A stretch of 64,000 nt of DNA, from positions 373,116,001 through 373,180,000 of the forward strand of contig OZ024742.1 of assembly GCA_964016885.1 (NCBI GenBank), in the 5' to 3' direction. The position numbers and the translations under genes were made by a program. Within the stretch, counting starts at the first letter, position 1, and the number at the start of each line of letters is the position of its first letter. This stretch comes from Eledone cirrhosa (lineage: Eukaryota). Below are positions 29,501 through 45,300 of the stretch, piece by piece. Under the pieces are notes generated by a model. That model worked only from the letters and a program-made list of their open reading frames with translations. It had not been told where the DNA came from and searched no databases.

Positions 29501-31500
29501 CATTCTAAATATACTGTAAATCTCTTTCTAAATAAACTATAAATATCATTCTATGTAAACTGTAAATCTCATGCTATAAACTGTAAATCTCATTCTATAT
29601 AAACTGTAAATCTCTTTCTATATAAACTCTGAATCTGATTCTATATAAACTGTAAATCTCATTCTCTATAAACTGTGAATCTCATTCTATATAAACTGTA
29701 TATCTCATTCTATATGAACTGTAAATCTCATTCGATAAACTGTAAATCTGTTTTTATATAAACTGTAAATCTCATTCTATATAAACTGTAAATCTCTTTC
29801 TATATAAACTGTAAATCTCATTCTATAAACTGTAAATCTCTTTCTATATAAACTGTAAATCTCATTCTATATAAACTGTAAATCTCATTCTATAAACTGT
29901 AAATCTCTTTCTATATAAACTGTAAATCTCATTCTACATAAACTGTAAATCTCTTTCTATATAAACTGTAAATCTCATTCTACATAAACTGTAAATCTCA
30001 TTCTATATAAACTGTAAATCTCATTCTATATAAACTGTAAATCTCTTTCTAAATAAACTGTAAATCTCATTCTATATAGACTGTGAATCTCATTCTATAT
30101 AAACTGTAAATCTCACTCTATATAAACTGTAAATCTCATTCGATAAAATGTAAATCTCTTTTTATATAAACTGTAAATCTCATTCTATGTAAACTGTAAA
30201 TCTCATTCTATAAACTGTAAATCTCTTTCTATATAAACTGTAAATCTCATTCTATATAAACTGTAAATCTCATTCTATATAAACTGTAAATCTCATTCTA
30301 TATAAACTGTAAATTTCATTCTATAAACTGTAAATCTCATTCTATATGAACTGTAAATCTCATTCTATAAATTGTAAAGCTCTTTCTATATACACTGTTA
30401 ATCTCATTCTACATAAATTGTAAATCTCATTCTATATAAACTGTAAATCTCATTCTATAAACTGTAAATCTCTTTCTATATAAACTGTAAATCTCATTCT
30501 ATATAAACTGTAAATCTCATTCTATATAAACTGTAAATCTCATTCTATATAAACTGTAAATCTCATTCTATAAACTGTAAATCTCTTTCTATATACACTG
30601 TTAATCTCATTCTATATAAACTGTCAATCTCATTCTATATAAACTGTAAATCTCATTCTATATAAACTGTAAATCTCTTTCTATATAAACTGTAAATCTC
30701 ATTCTATATAAACTGTAAATCTCATTCTATAAACTGTAAATCTCATTCTATATAAACTATAAATCTCATTCTATAAACTGTAAATCTCATTCTATATAAA
30801 CTGTAAATCTCATTCTATAAACTGTAAATCTCTTTCTATATACACTGTTAATCTCATTCTATATAAACTGTCAATCTCATTCTATATAAACTGTAAATCT
30901 AATTCTATATAAACTGTAAACCTCATTCTATATAAACTGTAAATCTCTTTCTATATAAACTGTAAATCTCATTCTATATAAAATGTAAATCCCATTCTAT
31001 AAACTGTAAATCTCTTTCTATATAACCTGTAAATCTCTTTCTATATAAACTGTAAATCTCATTCTATAAACTGTAAATCTCATTCTATATAAACTGTAAA
31101 TCTCTTTCTATATAAACTGTAAATCTGATTCTATATAAACTGTAAATCTCATTCTATATAAACTGTGAATCTCATTCTATATAAACTGTATATCTCATTC
31201 TATATAAACTGTAAATCTCATTCGATAAACTGTAAATCTCTTTTTATATAAACTGTAAATCTCATTCTATATAAACTGTAAATCTCATTCTATAAACTGT
31301 AAATCTCATTCTATATAAACTATAAATCTCATTCTATAAACTGTAAATCTCATTCTATATAAACTGTAAATCTCATTCTATAAACTGTAAATCTCTTTCT
31401 ATATACACTGTTAATCTCATTCTATATAAATCGTCAATCTCATTCTATATAAACTGTAAATCTAATTCTATATAAACTGTAAACCTCATTCTATATAAAC
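15040..31500. repeat. Series of about 5.8-6.2 kb higher-order units (about 15.0-20.8 kb, about 20.8-27.1 kb, partial third from about 27.1 kb)
   Basis: Offset 5801: TATATCTCATGC 15100/20901, ATCGCAT 15885/21686. Offset 6230: CTATGT 17930/24160, GATTCAAT 18873/25103, GTAACTCTT 20419/26649. Offset 6029: GTGAATCTCTT 23127/29156, CTATGT 24160/30189. Confidence 0.83.
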
Positions 31501-34500
31501 TGTAAATCTCTTTCTATATAACCTGTAAATCTCTTTCTATATAAACTGTAAATCTCATTCTACATAAACTGTAAATCTCTTTCTATATAAACTGTAAATC
31601 TCATTCTACATAAACTGTAAATCTCATTCTATATAAACTGTAAATCTCATTCTATATAAACTGTAAATCTCTTTCTAAATAAACTGTAAATCTCATTTTA
31701 TATAGACTGTGAATCTCATTCTATATAAACTGTAAATCTCACTCTATATAAACTGTAAATCTCATTCGATAAACTGTAAATCTCTTTTTATATAAACTGT
31801 AAATCTCATTCTATATAAACTGGAAATCTCTTTCTATAAACTGTAAATCTCATTCTATATAAACTGTAAATCTCATTCTATAAACTGTAAATCTCATTCT
31901 ATATAAACTATAAATCTCATTCTATAAACTGTAAATCTCATTCTATATAAACTGTAAATCTCATTCTATAAACTGTAAATCTCTTTCTATATACACTGTT
32001 AATCTCATTCTATATAAACTGTCAATCTCATTCTATATAAACTGTAAATCTAATTCTATATAAACTGTAAACCTCATTCTATATAAACTGTAAATCTCTT
32101 TCTATATAAACTGTAAATCTCATTCTATATAAAATGTAAATCCCATTCTATAAACTGTAAATCTCTTTCTATATAACCTGTAAATCTCTTTCTATATAAA
32201 CTGTAAATCTCATGCTATAAACTGTAAATCTCATTCTATACAAACTGTAAATCTCTTTCTATATAAACTGTAAATCTGATTCTATATAAACTGTAAATCT
32301 CATTCTGTATAAACTGTGAATCTCATTCTATATAAACTGTATATCTCATTCTATATAAACTGTAAATCTCATTAGATAAACTGTAAATCTCTTTTTATAT
32401 AAACTGTAAATCTCATTCTGTATAAACTGGAAATCTCTTTCTATAAACTGTAAATCTCATTCTATAAACTGTAAATCTCTTTCTATATAAACTGTAAATC
32501 TCATTCTATATAAACTGTAAATCTCATTCTATAAACTGTAAATCTCCTTCTATATAAACTGTAAATCTCATTCTATATAAACTGTAAATCTCTTTCTATA
32601 TAAACTGTAAATCTCATTCTATAAACTGTAAATATCTTTCTATATAAACTGTAAATCTCATTCTATATAAACTGTAAATCTCATTCTATAAACTATAAAT
32701 CTCTTTCTATATAAACTATAAATCTCATTCTACATAAACTGTAAATCTCATTCTATATAAACTGTAAATATCATTCTATATAAACTGTAAATCTCTTTCT
32801 AAATAAACTGTAAATCTTATTCTATATGAACTGTGAATCTCATTCTATATAAACTGTAAATCTCACTCTATATAAACTGTAAATCTCATTCGATAAACTG
32901 TAAATCTCTCTTTATATAAACTGTAAATCTCATTCTATATAAACTGGAAATCTCTTTCTATAAACTGTAAATCTCATTCTCTAAACTGTAAATCTGTTTC
33001 TATATAAACTGTAAATCTCATTCTATATAAACTGTAAATCTCATTCTATAAACTGTAAATCTCTTTCTATATAAACTGTAAATCTCATTCTATATAAACT
33101 GTAAATCTCTTTCTATATAAACTGTTAATCTCATTCTATATAAACTGTCAATCTCATTCTATATAAACTGTAAATCTAATTCTATATAAACTGTAAATCT
33201 CATTCTATATAAACTGTAAATCTCTTTCTATATAAACTGTAAATCTCATTCTATATAAAATGTAAATCCCATTCTATAAACTGTAAATCAGTTTCTATAT
33301 AACCTGTAAATCTCTTTCTATATAAACTGTAAATCTCATGCTATAAACTGTAAATCTCATTCTATATAAACTGTAAATCTCTTTCTATATAAACTGTAAA
33401 TCTGATTCTATATAAACTGTAAATCTCATTCTATATAAACTATGAATCTCATTCTATATAAACTGTATATCTCATTCTATATAAACTGTAAATCTCATTC
33501 GATAAACTGTAAATCTCTTTTTATATAAACTGTAAATCTCATTCTATATGAACTGGAAATCTCTTTCTATAAACTGTAAATCTCATTCTATGAACTGTAA
33601 ATCTCTTTCTATATAAACTGTAAATCTCATTCTATATAAACTGTAAATCTCATTCTATAAACTGTAAATCTCCTTCTATATAAACTATAAATCTCATGCT
33701 ATATAAACTGTAAATCTCTTTCTATATAAACTGTAAATCTCATTCTATATAAACTGTAAATCTCTTTCTATATAAACTGTAAATCCCATTCTATAAACTG
33801 TAAATCTCTTTCTATATAACCTGTAAATCTCTTTCTATATAAACTGTAAATCTCATGCTATAAACTGTAAATCTCATTCTATATAAACTGTAAATCTCTT
33901 TCTATATAAACTGTAAATCTCATTCTACATAAACTGTAAATCTCTTTCTATATAAACTGTAAATCTCATTCTATATAAACTGTAAATCTCATTCTATATA
34001 AACTGTAAATCTCATTCTAAATATACTGTAAATCTCTTTCTAAATAAACTGTAAATATCATTCTATATAAACTGTAAATCTCATGCTATAAACTGTAAAT
34101 CTCATTCTATATAAACTGTAAATCTCTTTCTATATAAACTCTGAATCTGATTCTATATAAACTGTAAATCTCATTCTCTATAAACTGTGAATCTCATTCT
34201 ATATAAACTGTATATCTCATTCTATATGAACTGTAAATCTCATTCGATAAACTGTAAATCTGTTTTTATATAAACTGTAAATCTCATTCTATATAAACTG
34301 TAAATCTCTTTCTATATAAACTGTAAATCTCATTCTATAAACTGTAAATCTCTTTCTATATAAACTGTAAATCTCATTCTATATAAACTGTAAATCTCAT
34401 TCTATAAACTGTAAATCTCTTTCTATATAAACTGTAAATCTCATTCTACATAAACTGTAAATCTCTTTCTATATAAACTGTAAATCTCATTCTACATAAA

Positions 34501-37500
34501 CTGTAAATCTCTTTCTATATAAACTGTAAATCTCATTCTATATAAACTGTAAATCTCATTCTATATAAACTGTAAATCTCTTTCTAAATAAACTGTAAAT
34601 CTCATTCTATATAGACTGTGAATCTCATTCTATATAAACTGTAAATCTCACTCTATATAAACTGTAAATCTCATTCGATAAACTGTAAATCTCTTTTTAT
34701 ATAAACTGTAAATCTCATTCTATATAAACTGGAAATCTCTTTCTAAAAATTGTAAATCTCATTCTATATAAACTGTAAATCTCATTCTATAAACTGTAAA
34801 TCTCATTCTATATAAACTGTAAATCTCTTTCTATATAAACTGTAAATCCCATTCTATAAACTGTAAATCTCTTTCTATATAACCTGTAAATCTCTTTCTA
34901 TATAAACTGTAAATCTCATGCTATAAACTGTAAATCTCATTCTATATAAACTGTAAATCTCTTTCTATATAAACTGTAAATCTCATTCTACATAAACTGT
35001 AAATCTCTTTCTATATAAACTGTAAATCTCATTCTATATAAACTGTAAATCTCATTCTATATAAACTGTAAATCTCATTCTAAATATACTGTAAATCTCT
35101 TTCTAAATAAACTGTAAATATCATTCTATATAAACTGTAAATCTCATGCTATAAACTGTAAATCTCATTCTATATAAACTGTAAATCTCTTTCTATATAA
35201 ACTCTGAATCTGATTCTATATAAACTGTAAATCTCATTCTCTATAAACTGTGAATCTCATTCTATATAAACTGTATATCTCATACTATATGAACTGTAAA
35301 TCTCATTCGATAAACTGTAAATCTGTTTTTATATAAACTGTAAATCTCATTCTATATAAACTGTAAATCTCTTTCTATATAAACTGTAAATCTCATTCTA
35401 TAAACTGTAAATCTCTTTCTATATAAACTGTAAATCTCATTCTATATAAACTGTAAATCTCATTCTATAAACTGTAAATCTCTTTCTATATAAACTGTAA
35501 ATCTCATTCTACATAAACTGTAAATCTCTTTCTATATAAACTGTAAATCTCATTCTACATAAACTGTAAATCTCATTCTATATAAACTGTAAATCTCATT
35601 CTATATAAACTGTAAATCTCTTTCTAAATAAACTGTAAATCTCATTCTATATAGACTGTGAATCTCATTCTATATAAACTGTAAATCTCACTCTATATAA
35701 ACTGTAAATCTCATTCGATAAAATGTAAATCTCTTTTTATATAAACTGTAAATCTCATTCTATGTAAACTGTAAATCTCATTCTATAAACTGTAAATCTC
35801 TTTCTATATAAACTGTAAATCTCATTCTATATAAACTGTAAATCTCATTCTATATAAACTGTAAATCTCATTCTATATAAACTGTAAATTTCATTCTATA
35901 AACTGTAAATCTCATTCTATATGAACTGTAAATCTCATTCTATAAATTGTAAAGCTCTTTCTATATACACTGTTAATCTCATTCTACATAAATTGTAAAT
36001 CTCATTCTATATAAACTGTAAATCTCATTCTATAAACTGTAAATCTCTTTCTATATAAACTGTAAATCTCATTCTATATAAACTGTAAATCTCATTCTAT
36101 ATAAACTGTAAATCTCATTCTATATAAACTGTAAATCTCATTCTATAAACTGTAAATCTCTTTCTATATACACTGTTAATCTCATTCTATATAAACTGTC
36201 AATCTCATTCTATATAAACTGTAAATCTCATTCTATATAAACTGTAAATCTCTTTCTATATAAACTGTAAATCTCATTCTATATAAACTGTAAATCTCAT
36301 TCTATAAACTGTAAATCTCATTCTATATAAACTATAAATCTCATTCTATAAACTGTAAATCTCATTCTATATAAACTGTAAATCTCATTCTATAAACTGT
36401 AAATCTCTTTCTATATACACTGTTAATCTCATTCTATATAAACTGTCAATCTCATTCTATATAAACTGTAAATCTAATTCTATATAAACTGTAAACCTCA
36501 TTCTATATAAACTGTAAATCTCTTTCTATATAAACTGTAAATCTCATTCTATATAAAATGTAAATCCCATTCTATAAACTGTAAATCTCTTTCTATATAA
36601 CCTGTAAATCTCTTTCTATATAAACTGTAAATCTCATTCTATAAACTGTAAATCTCATTCTATATAAACTGTAAATCTCTTTCTATATAAACTGTAAATC
36701 TGATTCTATATAAACTGTAAATCTCATTCTATATAAACTGTGAATCTCATTCTATATAAACTGTATATCTCATTCTATATAAACTGTAAATCTCATTCGA
36801 TAAACTGTAAATCTCTTTTTATATAAACTGTAAATCTCATTCTATATAAACTGTAAATCTCATTCTATAAACTGTAAATCTCATTCTATATAAACTATAA
36901 ATCTCATTCTATAAACTGTAAATCTCATTCTATATAAACTGTAAATCTCATTCTATAAACTGTAAATCTCTTTCTATATACACTGTTAATCTCATTCTAT
37001 ATAAACCGTCAATCTCATTCTATATAAACTGTAAATCTAATTCTATATAAACTGTAAACCTCATTCTATATAAACTGTAAATCTCTTTCTATATAACCTG
37101 TAAATCTCTTTCTATATAAACTGTAAATCTCATTCTACATAAACTGTAAATCTCTTTCTATATAAACTGTAAATCTCATTCTACATAAACTGTAAATCTC
37201 ATTCTATATAAACTGTAAATCTCATTCTATATAAACTGTAAATCTCTTTCTAAATAAACTGTAAATCTCATTCTATATAGACTGTGAATCTCATTCTATA
37301 TAAACTGTAAATCTCACTCTATATAAACTGTAAATCTCATTCGATAAACTGTAAATCTCTTTTTATATAAACTGTAAATCTCATTCTATATAAACTGGAA
37401 ATCTCTTTCTATAAACTGTAAATCTCATTCTATATAAACTGTAAATCTCATTCTATAAACTGTAAATCTCATTCTATATAAACTATAAATCTCATTCTAT

Positions 37501-40500
37501 AAACTGTAAATCTCATTCTATATAAACTGTAAATCTCATTCTATAAACTGTAAATCTCTTTCTATATACACTGTTAATCTCATTCTATATAAACTGTCAA
37601 TCTCATTCTATATAAACTGTAAATCTAATTCTATATAAACTGTAAACCTCATTCTATATAAACTGTAAATCTCTTTCTATATAAACTGTAAATCTCATTC
37701 TATATAAAATGTAAATCCCATTCTATAAACTGTAAATCTCTTTCTATATAACCTGTAAATCTCTTTCTATATAAACTGTAAATCTCATGCTATAAACTGT
37801 AAATCTCATTCTATACAAACTGTAAATCTCTTTCTATATAAACTGTAAATCTGATTCTATATAAACTGTAAATCTCATTCTGTATAAACTGTGAATCTCA
37901 TTCTATATAAACTGTATATCTCATTCTATATAAACTGTAAATCTCATTAGATAAACTGTAAATCTCTTTTTATATAAACTGTAAATCTCATTCTGTATAA
38001 ACTGGAAATCTCTTTCTATAAACTGTAAATCTCATTCTATAAACTGTAAATCTCTTTCTATATAAACTGTAAATCTCATTCTATATAAACTGTAAATCTC
38101 ATTCTATAAACTGTAAATCTCCTTCTATATAAACTGTAAATCTCATTCTATATAAACTGTAAATCTCTTTCTATATAAACTGTAAATCTCATTCTATAAA
38201 CTGTAAATCTCTTTCTATATAAACTGTAAATCTCATTCTATATAAACTGTAAATCTCATTCTATAAACTATAAATCTCTTTCTATATAAACTATAAATCT
38301 CATTCTACATAAACTGTAAATCTCATTCTATATAAACTGTAAATCTCATTCTATATAAACTGTAAATCTCTTTCTAAATAAACTGTAAATCTTATTCTAT
38401 ATGAACTGTGAATCTCATTCTATATAAACTGTAAATCTCACTCTATATAAACTGTAAATCTCATTCGATAAACTGTAAATCTCTCTTTATATAAACTGTA
38501 AATCTCATTCTATATAAACTGGAAATCTCTTTCTATAAACTGTAAATCTCATTCTCTAAACTGTAAATCTGTTTCTATATAAACTGTAAATCTCATTCTA
38601 TATAAACTGTAAATCTCATTTTATAAACTGTAAATCTCTTTCTATATAAACTGTAAATCTCATTCTATATAAACTGTAAATCTCTTTCTATATAAACTGT
38701 TAATCTCATTCTATATAAACTGTCAATCTCATTCTATATAAACTGTAAATCTAATTCTATATAAACTGTAAATCTCATTCTATATAAACTGTAAATCTCT
38801 TTCTATATAAACTGTAAATCTCATTCTATATAAAATGTAAATCCCATTCTATAAACTGTAAATCAGTTTCTATATAACCTGTAAATCTCTTTCTATATAA
38901 ACTGTAAATCTCATGCTATAAACTGTAAATCTCATTCTATATAAACTGTAAATCTCTTTCTATATAAACTGTAAATCTGATTCTATATAAACTGTAAATC
39001 TCATTCTATATAAACTATGAATCTCATTCTATATAAACTGTATATCTCATTCTATATAAACTGTAAATCTCATTCGATAAACTGTAAATCTCTTTTTATA
39101 TAAACTGTAAATCTCATTCTATATGAACTGGAAATCTCTTTCTATAAACTGTAAATCTCATTCTATGAACTGTAAATCTCTTTCTATATAAACTGTAAAT
39201 CTCATTCTATATAAACTGTAAATCTCATTCTATAAACTGTAAATCTCCTTCTATATAAACTATAAATCTCATGCTATATAAACTGTAAATCTCTTTCTAT
39301 ATAAACTGTAAATCTCATTCTATATAAACTGTAAATCTCTTTCTATATAAACTGTAAATCCCATTCTATAAACTGTAAATCTCTTTCTATATAACCTGTA
39401 AATCTCTTTCTATATAAACTGTAAATCTCATGCTATAAACTGTAAATCTCATTCTATATAAACTGTAAATCTCTTTCTATATAAACTGTAAATCTCATTC
39501 TACATAAACTGTAAATCTCTTTCTATATAAACTGTAAATCTCATTCTATATAAACTGTAAATCTCATTCTATATAAACTGTAAATCTCATTCTAAATATA
39601 CTGTAAATCTCTTTCTAAATAAACTGTAAATATCATTCTATATAAACTGTAAATCTCATGCTATAAACTGTAAATCTCATTCTATATAAACTGTAAATCT
39701 CTTTCTATATAAACTCTGAATCTGATTCTATATAAACTGTAAATCTCATTCTCTATAAACTGTGAATCTCATTCTATATAAACTGTATATCTCATTCTAT
39801 ATGAACTGTAAATCTCATTCGATAAACTGTAAATCTGTTTTTATATAAACTGTAAATCTCATTCTATATAAACTGTAAATCTCTTTCTATATAAACTGTA
39901 AATCTCATTCTATAAACTGTAAATCTCTTTCTATATAAACTGTAAATCTCATTCTATATAAACTGTAAATCTCATTCTATAAACTGTAAATCTCTTTCTA
40001 TATAAACTGTAAATCTCATTCTACATAAACTGTAAATCTCTTTCTATATAAACTGTAAATCTCATTCTACATAAACTGTAAATCTCTTTCTATATAAACT
40101 GTAAATCTCATTCTATATAAACTGTAAATCTCATTCTATATAAACTGTAAATCTCTTTCTAAATAAACTGTAAATCTCATTCTATATAGACTGTGAATCT
40201 CATTCTATATAAACTGTAAATCTCACTCTATATAAACTGTAAATCTCATTCGATAAACTGTAAATCTCTTTTTATATAAACTGTAAATCTCATTCTATAT
40301 AAACTGGAAATCTCTTTCTAAAAATTGTAAATCTCATTCTATATAAACTGTAAATCTCATTCTATAAACTGTAAATCTCATTCTATATAAACTGTAAATC
40401 TCTTTCTATATAAACTGTAAATCCCATTCTATAAACTGTAAATCTCTTTCTATATAACCTGTAAATCTCTTTCTATATAAACTGTAAATCTCATGCTATA

Positions 40501-40975
40501 AACTGTAAATCTCATTCTATATAAACTGTAAATCTCTTTCTATATAAACTGTAAATCTCATTCTACATAAACTGTAAATCTCTTTCTATATAAACTGTAA
40601 ATCTCATTCTATATAAACTGTAAATCTCATTCTATATAAACTGTAAATCTCATTCTAAATATACTGTAAATCTCTTTCTAAATAAACTGTAAATATCATT
40701 CTATATAAACTGTAAATCTCATGCTATAAACTGTAAATCTCATTCTATATAAACTGTAAATCTCTTTCTATATAAACTCTGAATCTGATTCTATATAAAC
40801 TGTAAATCTCATTCTCTATAAACTGTGAATCTCATTCTATATAAACTGTATATCTCATACTATATGAACTGTAAATCTCATTCGATAAACTGTAAATCTG
40901 TTTTTATATAAACTGTAAATCTCATTCTATATAAACTGTAAATCTCTTTCTATATAAACTGTAAATCTCATTCTA
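29710..40975. repeat. Near-perfect 5575 bp tandem duplication
   Basis: Constant offset 5575: CGATAAAATG 30142/35717, CTATGT 30189/35764, TATACAAAC 32241/37816, CTAAAAATTG 34745/40320, CATACTA 35284/40859. Confidence 0.92.
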
Positions 40976-42399
40976 TATAAAATGTAAATCCCATTCTATA
41001 AACTGTAAATCAGTTTCTATATAACCTGTAAATCTCTTTCTATATAAACTGTAAATCTCATGCTATAAACTGTAAATCTCATTCTATATAAACTGTAAAT
41101 CTCTTTCTATATAAACTGTAAATCTGATTCTATATAAACTGTAAATCTCATTATATATAAACTATGAATCTCATTCTATATAAACTGTATATCTCATTCT
41201 ATATAAACTGTAAATCTCATTCGATAAACTGTAAATCTCTTTTTATATAAACTGTAAATCTCATTCTATATGAACTGGAAATCTCTTTCTATAAACTGTA
41301 AATCTCATTCTATGAACTGTAAATCTCTTTCTATATAAACTGTAAATCTCATTCTATATAAACTGTAAATCTCATTCTATTAACTGTAAATCTCTTTCTA
41401 TATAAACTGTAAATCTCATTCTATAAACTGTAAATCTCTTTCTATATAAACTGTAAATTCCATTCTATATAAACTGTAAATCTCATTCTCTAAACTGTAA
41501 ATCTCTTTCTATATAGACTGTAAATCTCATGCTATGAACTGTAAATCTCATTCTATATAAACTGTAAATCTCTTTCTATATAAACTGTAAATCTCATTCT
41601 ACATAAACTGTAAATCTCTTTCTATATAAACTGTAAATCTCATTCTATATAAACTGTAAATCTCATTCTATATAAACTGTAAATCTCATTCTAAATATAC
41701 TGTAAATCTCTTTCTAAATAAACTATAAATATCATTCTATATAAACTGTAAATCTCATGCTATAAACTGTAAATCTCATTCTATATAAACTGTAAATCTC
41801 TTTCTATATAAACTCTGAATCTGATTCTATATAAACTGTAAATCTCATTCTCTATAAACTGTGAATCTCATTCTATATAAACTGTATATCTCATTCTATA
41901 TGAACTGTAAATCTCATTCGATAAACTGTAAATCTGTTTTTATATAAACTGTAAATCTCATTCTATATAAACTGTAAATCTCTTTCTATATAAACTGTAA
42001 ATCTCATTCTATAAACTGTAAATCTCTTTCTATGTAAACTGTAAATCTCATTCTATATAAACTGTAAATCTCATTCTATAAACTGTAAATCTCTTTCTAT
42101 ATAAACTGTAAATCTCATTCTACATAAACTGTAAATCTCTTTCTATATAAACTGTAAATCTCATTCTACATAAACTGTAAATCTCATTCTATATAAACTG
42201 TAAATCTCATTCTATATAAACTGTAAATCTCTTTCTAAATAAACTGTAAATCTCATTCTATATAGACTGTGAATCTCATTCTATATAAACTGTAAATCTC
42301 ACTCTATATAAACTGTAAATCTCATTCGATAAACTGTAAATCTCTTTTTATATAAACTGTAAATCTCATTCTATATAAACTGGAAATCTCTTTCTATAA

Positions 42400-45300
42400 A
42401 CTGTAAATCTCATTCTATATAAACTGTAAATCTCATTCTATAAACTGTAAATCTCATTCTATATAAACTGTAAATCTCTTTCTATATAAACTGTAAATCC
42501 CATTCTATAAACTGTAAATCTCGTTCTATATAACCTGTAAATCTCTTTCTATATAAACTGTAAATCTCATGCTATAAACTGTAAATCTCATTCTATATAA
42601 ACTGTAAATCTCTTTCTATATAAACTGTAAATCTCATTCTACATAAACTGTAAATCTCTTTCTATATAGACTGTAAATATCATTCTATATAAACTGTAAA
42701 TCTCATGCTATAAACTGTAAATCTCATTCTATATAAACTGTAAATCTCTTTCTATATAAACTCTGAATCTGATTCTATATAAACTGTAAATCTCATTCTC
42801 TATAAACTGTGAATCTCATTCTATATAAACTGTATATCTCATTCTATATGAACTGTAAATCTCATTCGATAAACTGTAAATCTGTTTTTATATAAACTGT
42901 AAATCTCATTCTATATAAACTGTAAATCTCTTTCTATATAAACTGTAAATCTCATTCTATAAACTGTAAATCACTTTCTATATAAACTGTAAATCTCATT
43001 CTATATAAACTTTAAATATCATTCTATAAACTGTAAATCTCTTTCTATATAAACTGTAAATCTCATTCTACATAAACTGTAAATCTCTTTCTATATAAAC
43101 TGTAAATCTCATTCTACATAAACTGTAAATCTCATTCTATATAAACTGTAAATCTCATTCTATATAAACTGTAAATCTCTTTCTAAATAAACTGTAAATC
43201 TCATTCTATATAGACTGTGAATCTCATTCTATATAAACTGTAAATCTCACTCTATATAAACTGTAAATCTCATTCGATAAACTGTAAATCTCTTTTTATA
43301 TAAACTGTAAATCTCATTCTATATAAACTGGAAATCTCTTTCTATAAACTGTAAATCTCATTCTATATAAACTGTAAATCTCATTCTATAAACTGTAAAT
43401 CTCATTCTCTATAAACTATAAATCTCATTCTATAAACTGTAAATCTCATTCTATATAAACTGTAAATCTCATTCTATAAACTGTAAATCTCTTTCTATAT
43501 ACACTGTTAATCTCATTCTATATAAACTGTCAATCTCATTCTATATAAACTGTAAATCTAATTCTATATAAACTGTAAACCTCATTCTATATAAACTGTA
43601 AATCTCTTTCTATATAAACTGTAAATCTCATTCTATATAAAATGTAAATCCCATTCTATAAACTCTAAATCTCTTTCTATATAACCTGTAAATCTCTTTC
43701 TATATAAACTGTAAATCTCATGCTATAAACTGTAAATCTCATTCTATATAAACTGTAAATCTCTTTCTATATAAACTGTAAATCTGATTCTATATAAACT
43801 GTAAATCTCATTCTATATAAACTGTGAATCTCATTCTATATAAACTGTATATCTCATTCTATATAAACTGTAAATCTCATTCGATAAACTGTAAATCTCT
43901 TTTTATATAAACTGTAAATCTCATTCTGTATAAACTGGAAATCTCTTTCTATAAACTGTAAATCTCATTCTATAAACTGTAAATCTCTTTCTATATAAAC
44001 TGTAAATCTCATTCTATATAAACTGTAAATCTCATTCTATAAACTGTAAATCTCTTTCTATATAAACTGTAAATCTCATTCTATATAAACTGTAAATCTC
44101 TTTCTATATAAACTGTAAATCTCATTCTATAAACTGTAAATCTCTTTCTATATAAACTGTAAATCTCATTCTAAATAAACTGTAAATCTCATTCTATAAA
44201 CTATAAATCTCTTTCTATATAAACTATAAATCTCATTCTACATAAACTGTAAATCTCATTCTATATAAACTTTAAATCTCATTCTATATAAACTGTAAAT
44301 CTCTTTCTAAATAAACTGTAAATCTTATTCTATATGAACTGTGAATCTCATTCTATATAAACTGTAAATCTCATTCTATATAGACTGTGAATCTCATTCT
44401 ATATAAACTGTAAATCTCATGCTATAAACTGTAAATCTCATTCTATATAAACTGTAAATCTCATTCTATATAAACTGTAAATCTCATTCTATAAACTGTA
44501 AATCTCATTCTATATAAACTGTAAATCTCTTTCTATATAAACTGTAAATCCCATTCTATAAACTGTAAATCTCGTTCTATATAACCTGTAAATCTCTTTC
44601 TATATAAACTGTAAATCTCATGCTATAAACTGTAAATCTCATTCTATATAAACTGTAAATCTCTTTCTATATAAACTGTAAATCTCATTCTACATAAACT
44701 GTAAATCTCTTTCTATATAAACTGTAAATCTCATTCTATATAAACTGTAAATCTCATTCTATATAAACTGTAAATCTCATTCTAAATATACTGTAAATCT
44801 CTTTCTAAATAAACTGTAAATATCATTCTATATAAACTGTAAATCTCATGCTATAAACTGTAAATCTCATTCTATATAAACTGTAAATCTCTTTCTATAT
44901 AAACTCTGAATCTGATTCTATATAAACTGTAAATCTCATTCTCTATAAACTGTGAATCTCATTCTATATAAACTGTATATCTCATTCTATATGAACTGTA
45001 AATCTCATTCGATAAACTGTAAATCTGTTTTTATATAAACTGTAAATCTCATTCTATATAAACTGTAAATCTCTTTCTATATAAACTGTAAATCTCATTC
45101 TATAAACTGTAAATCTCTTTCTATATAAACTGTAAATCTCATTCTATATAAACTGTAAATATCATTCTATAAACTGTAAATCTCTTTCTATATAAACTGT
45201 AAATCTCATTCTACATAAACTGTAAATCTCTTTCTATATAAACTGTAAATCTCATTCTACATAAACTGTAAATCTCATTCTATATAAACTGTAAATCTCA

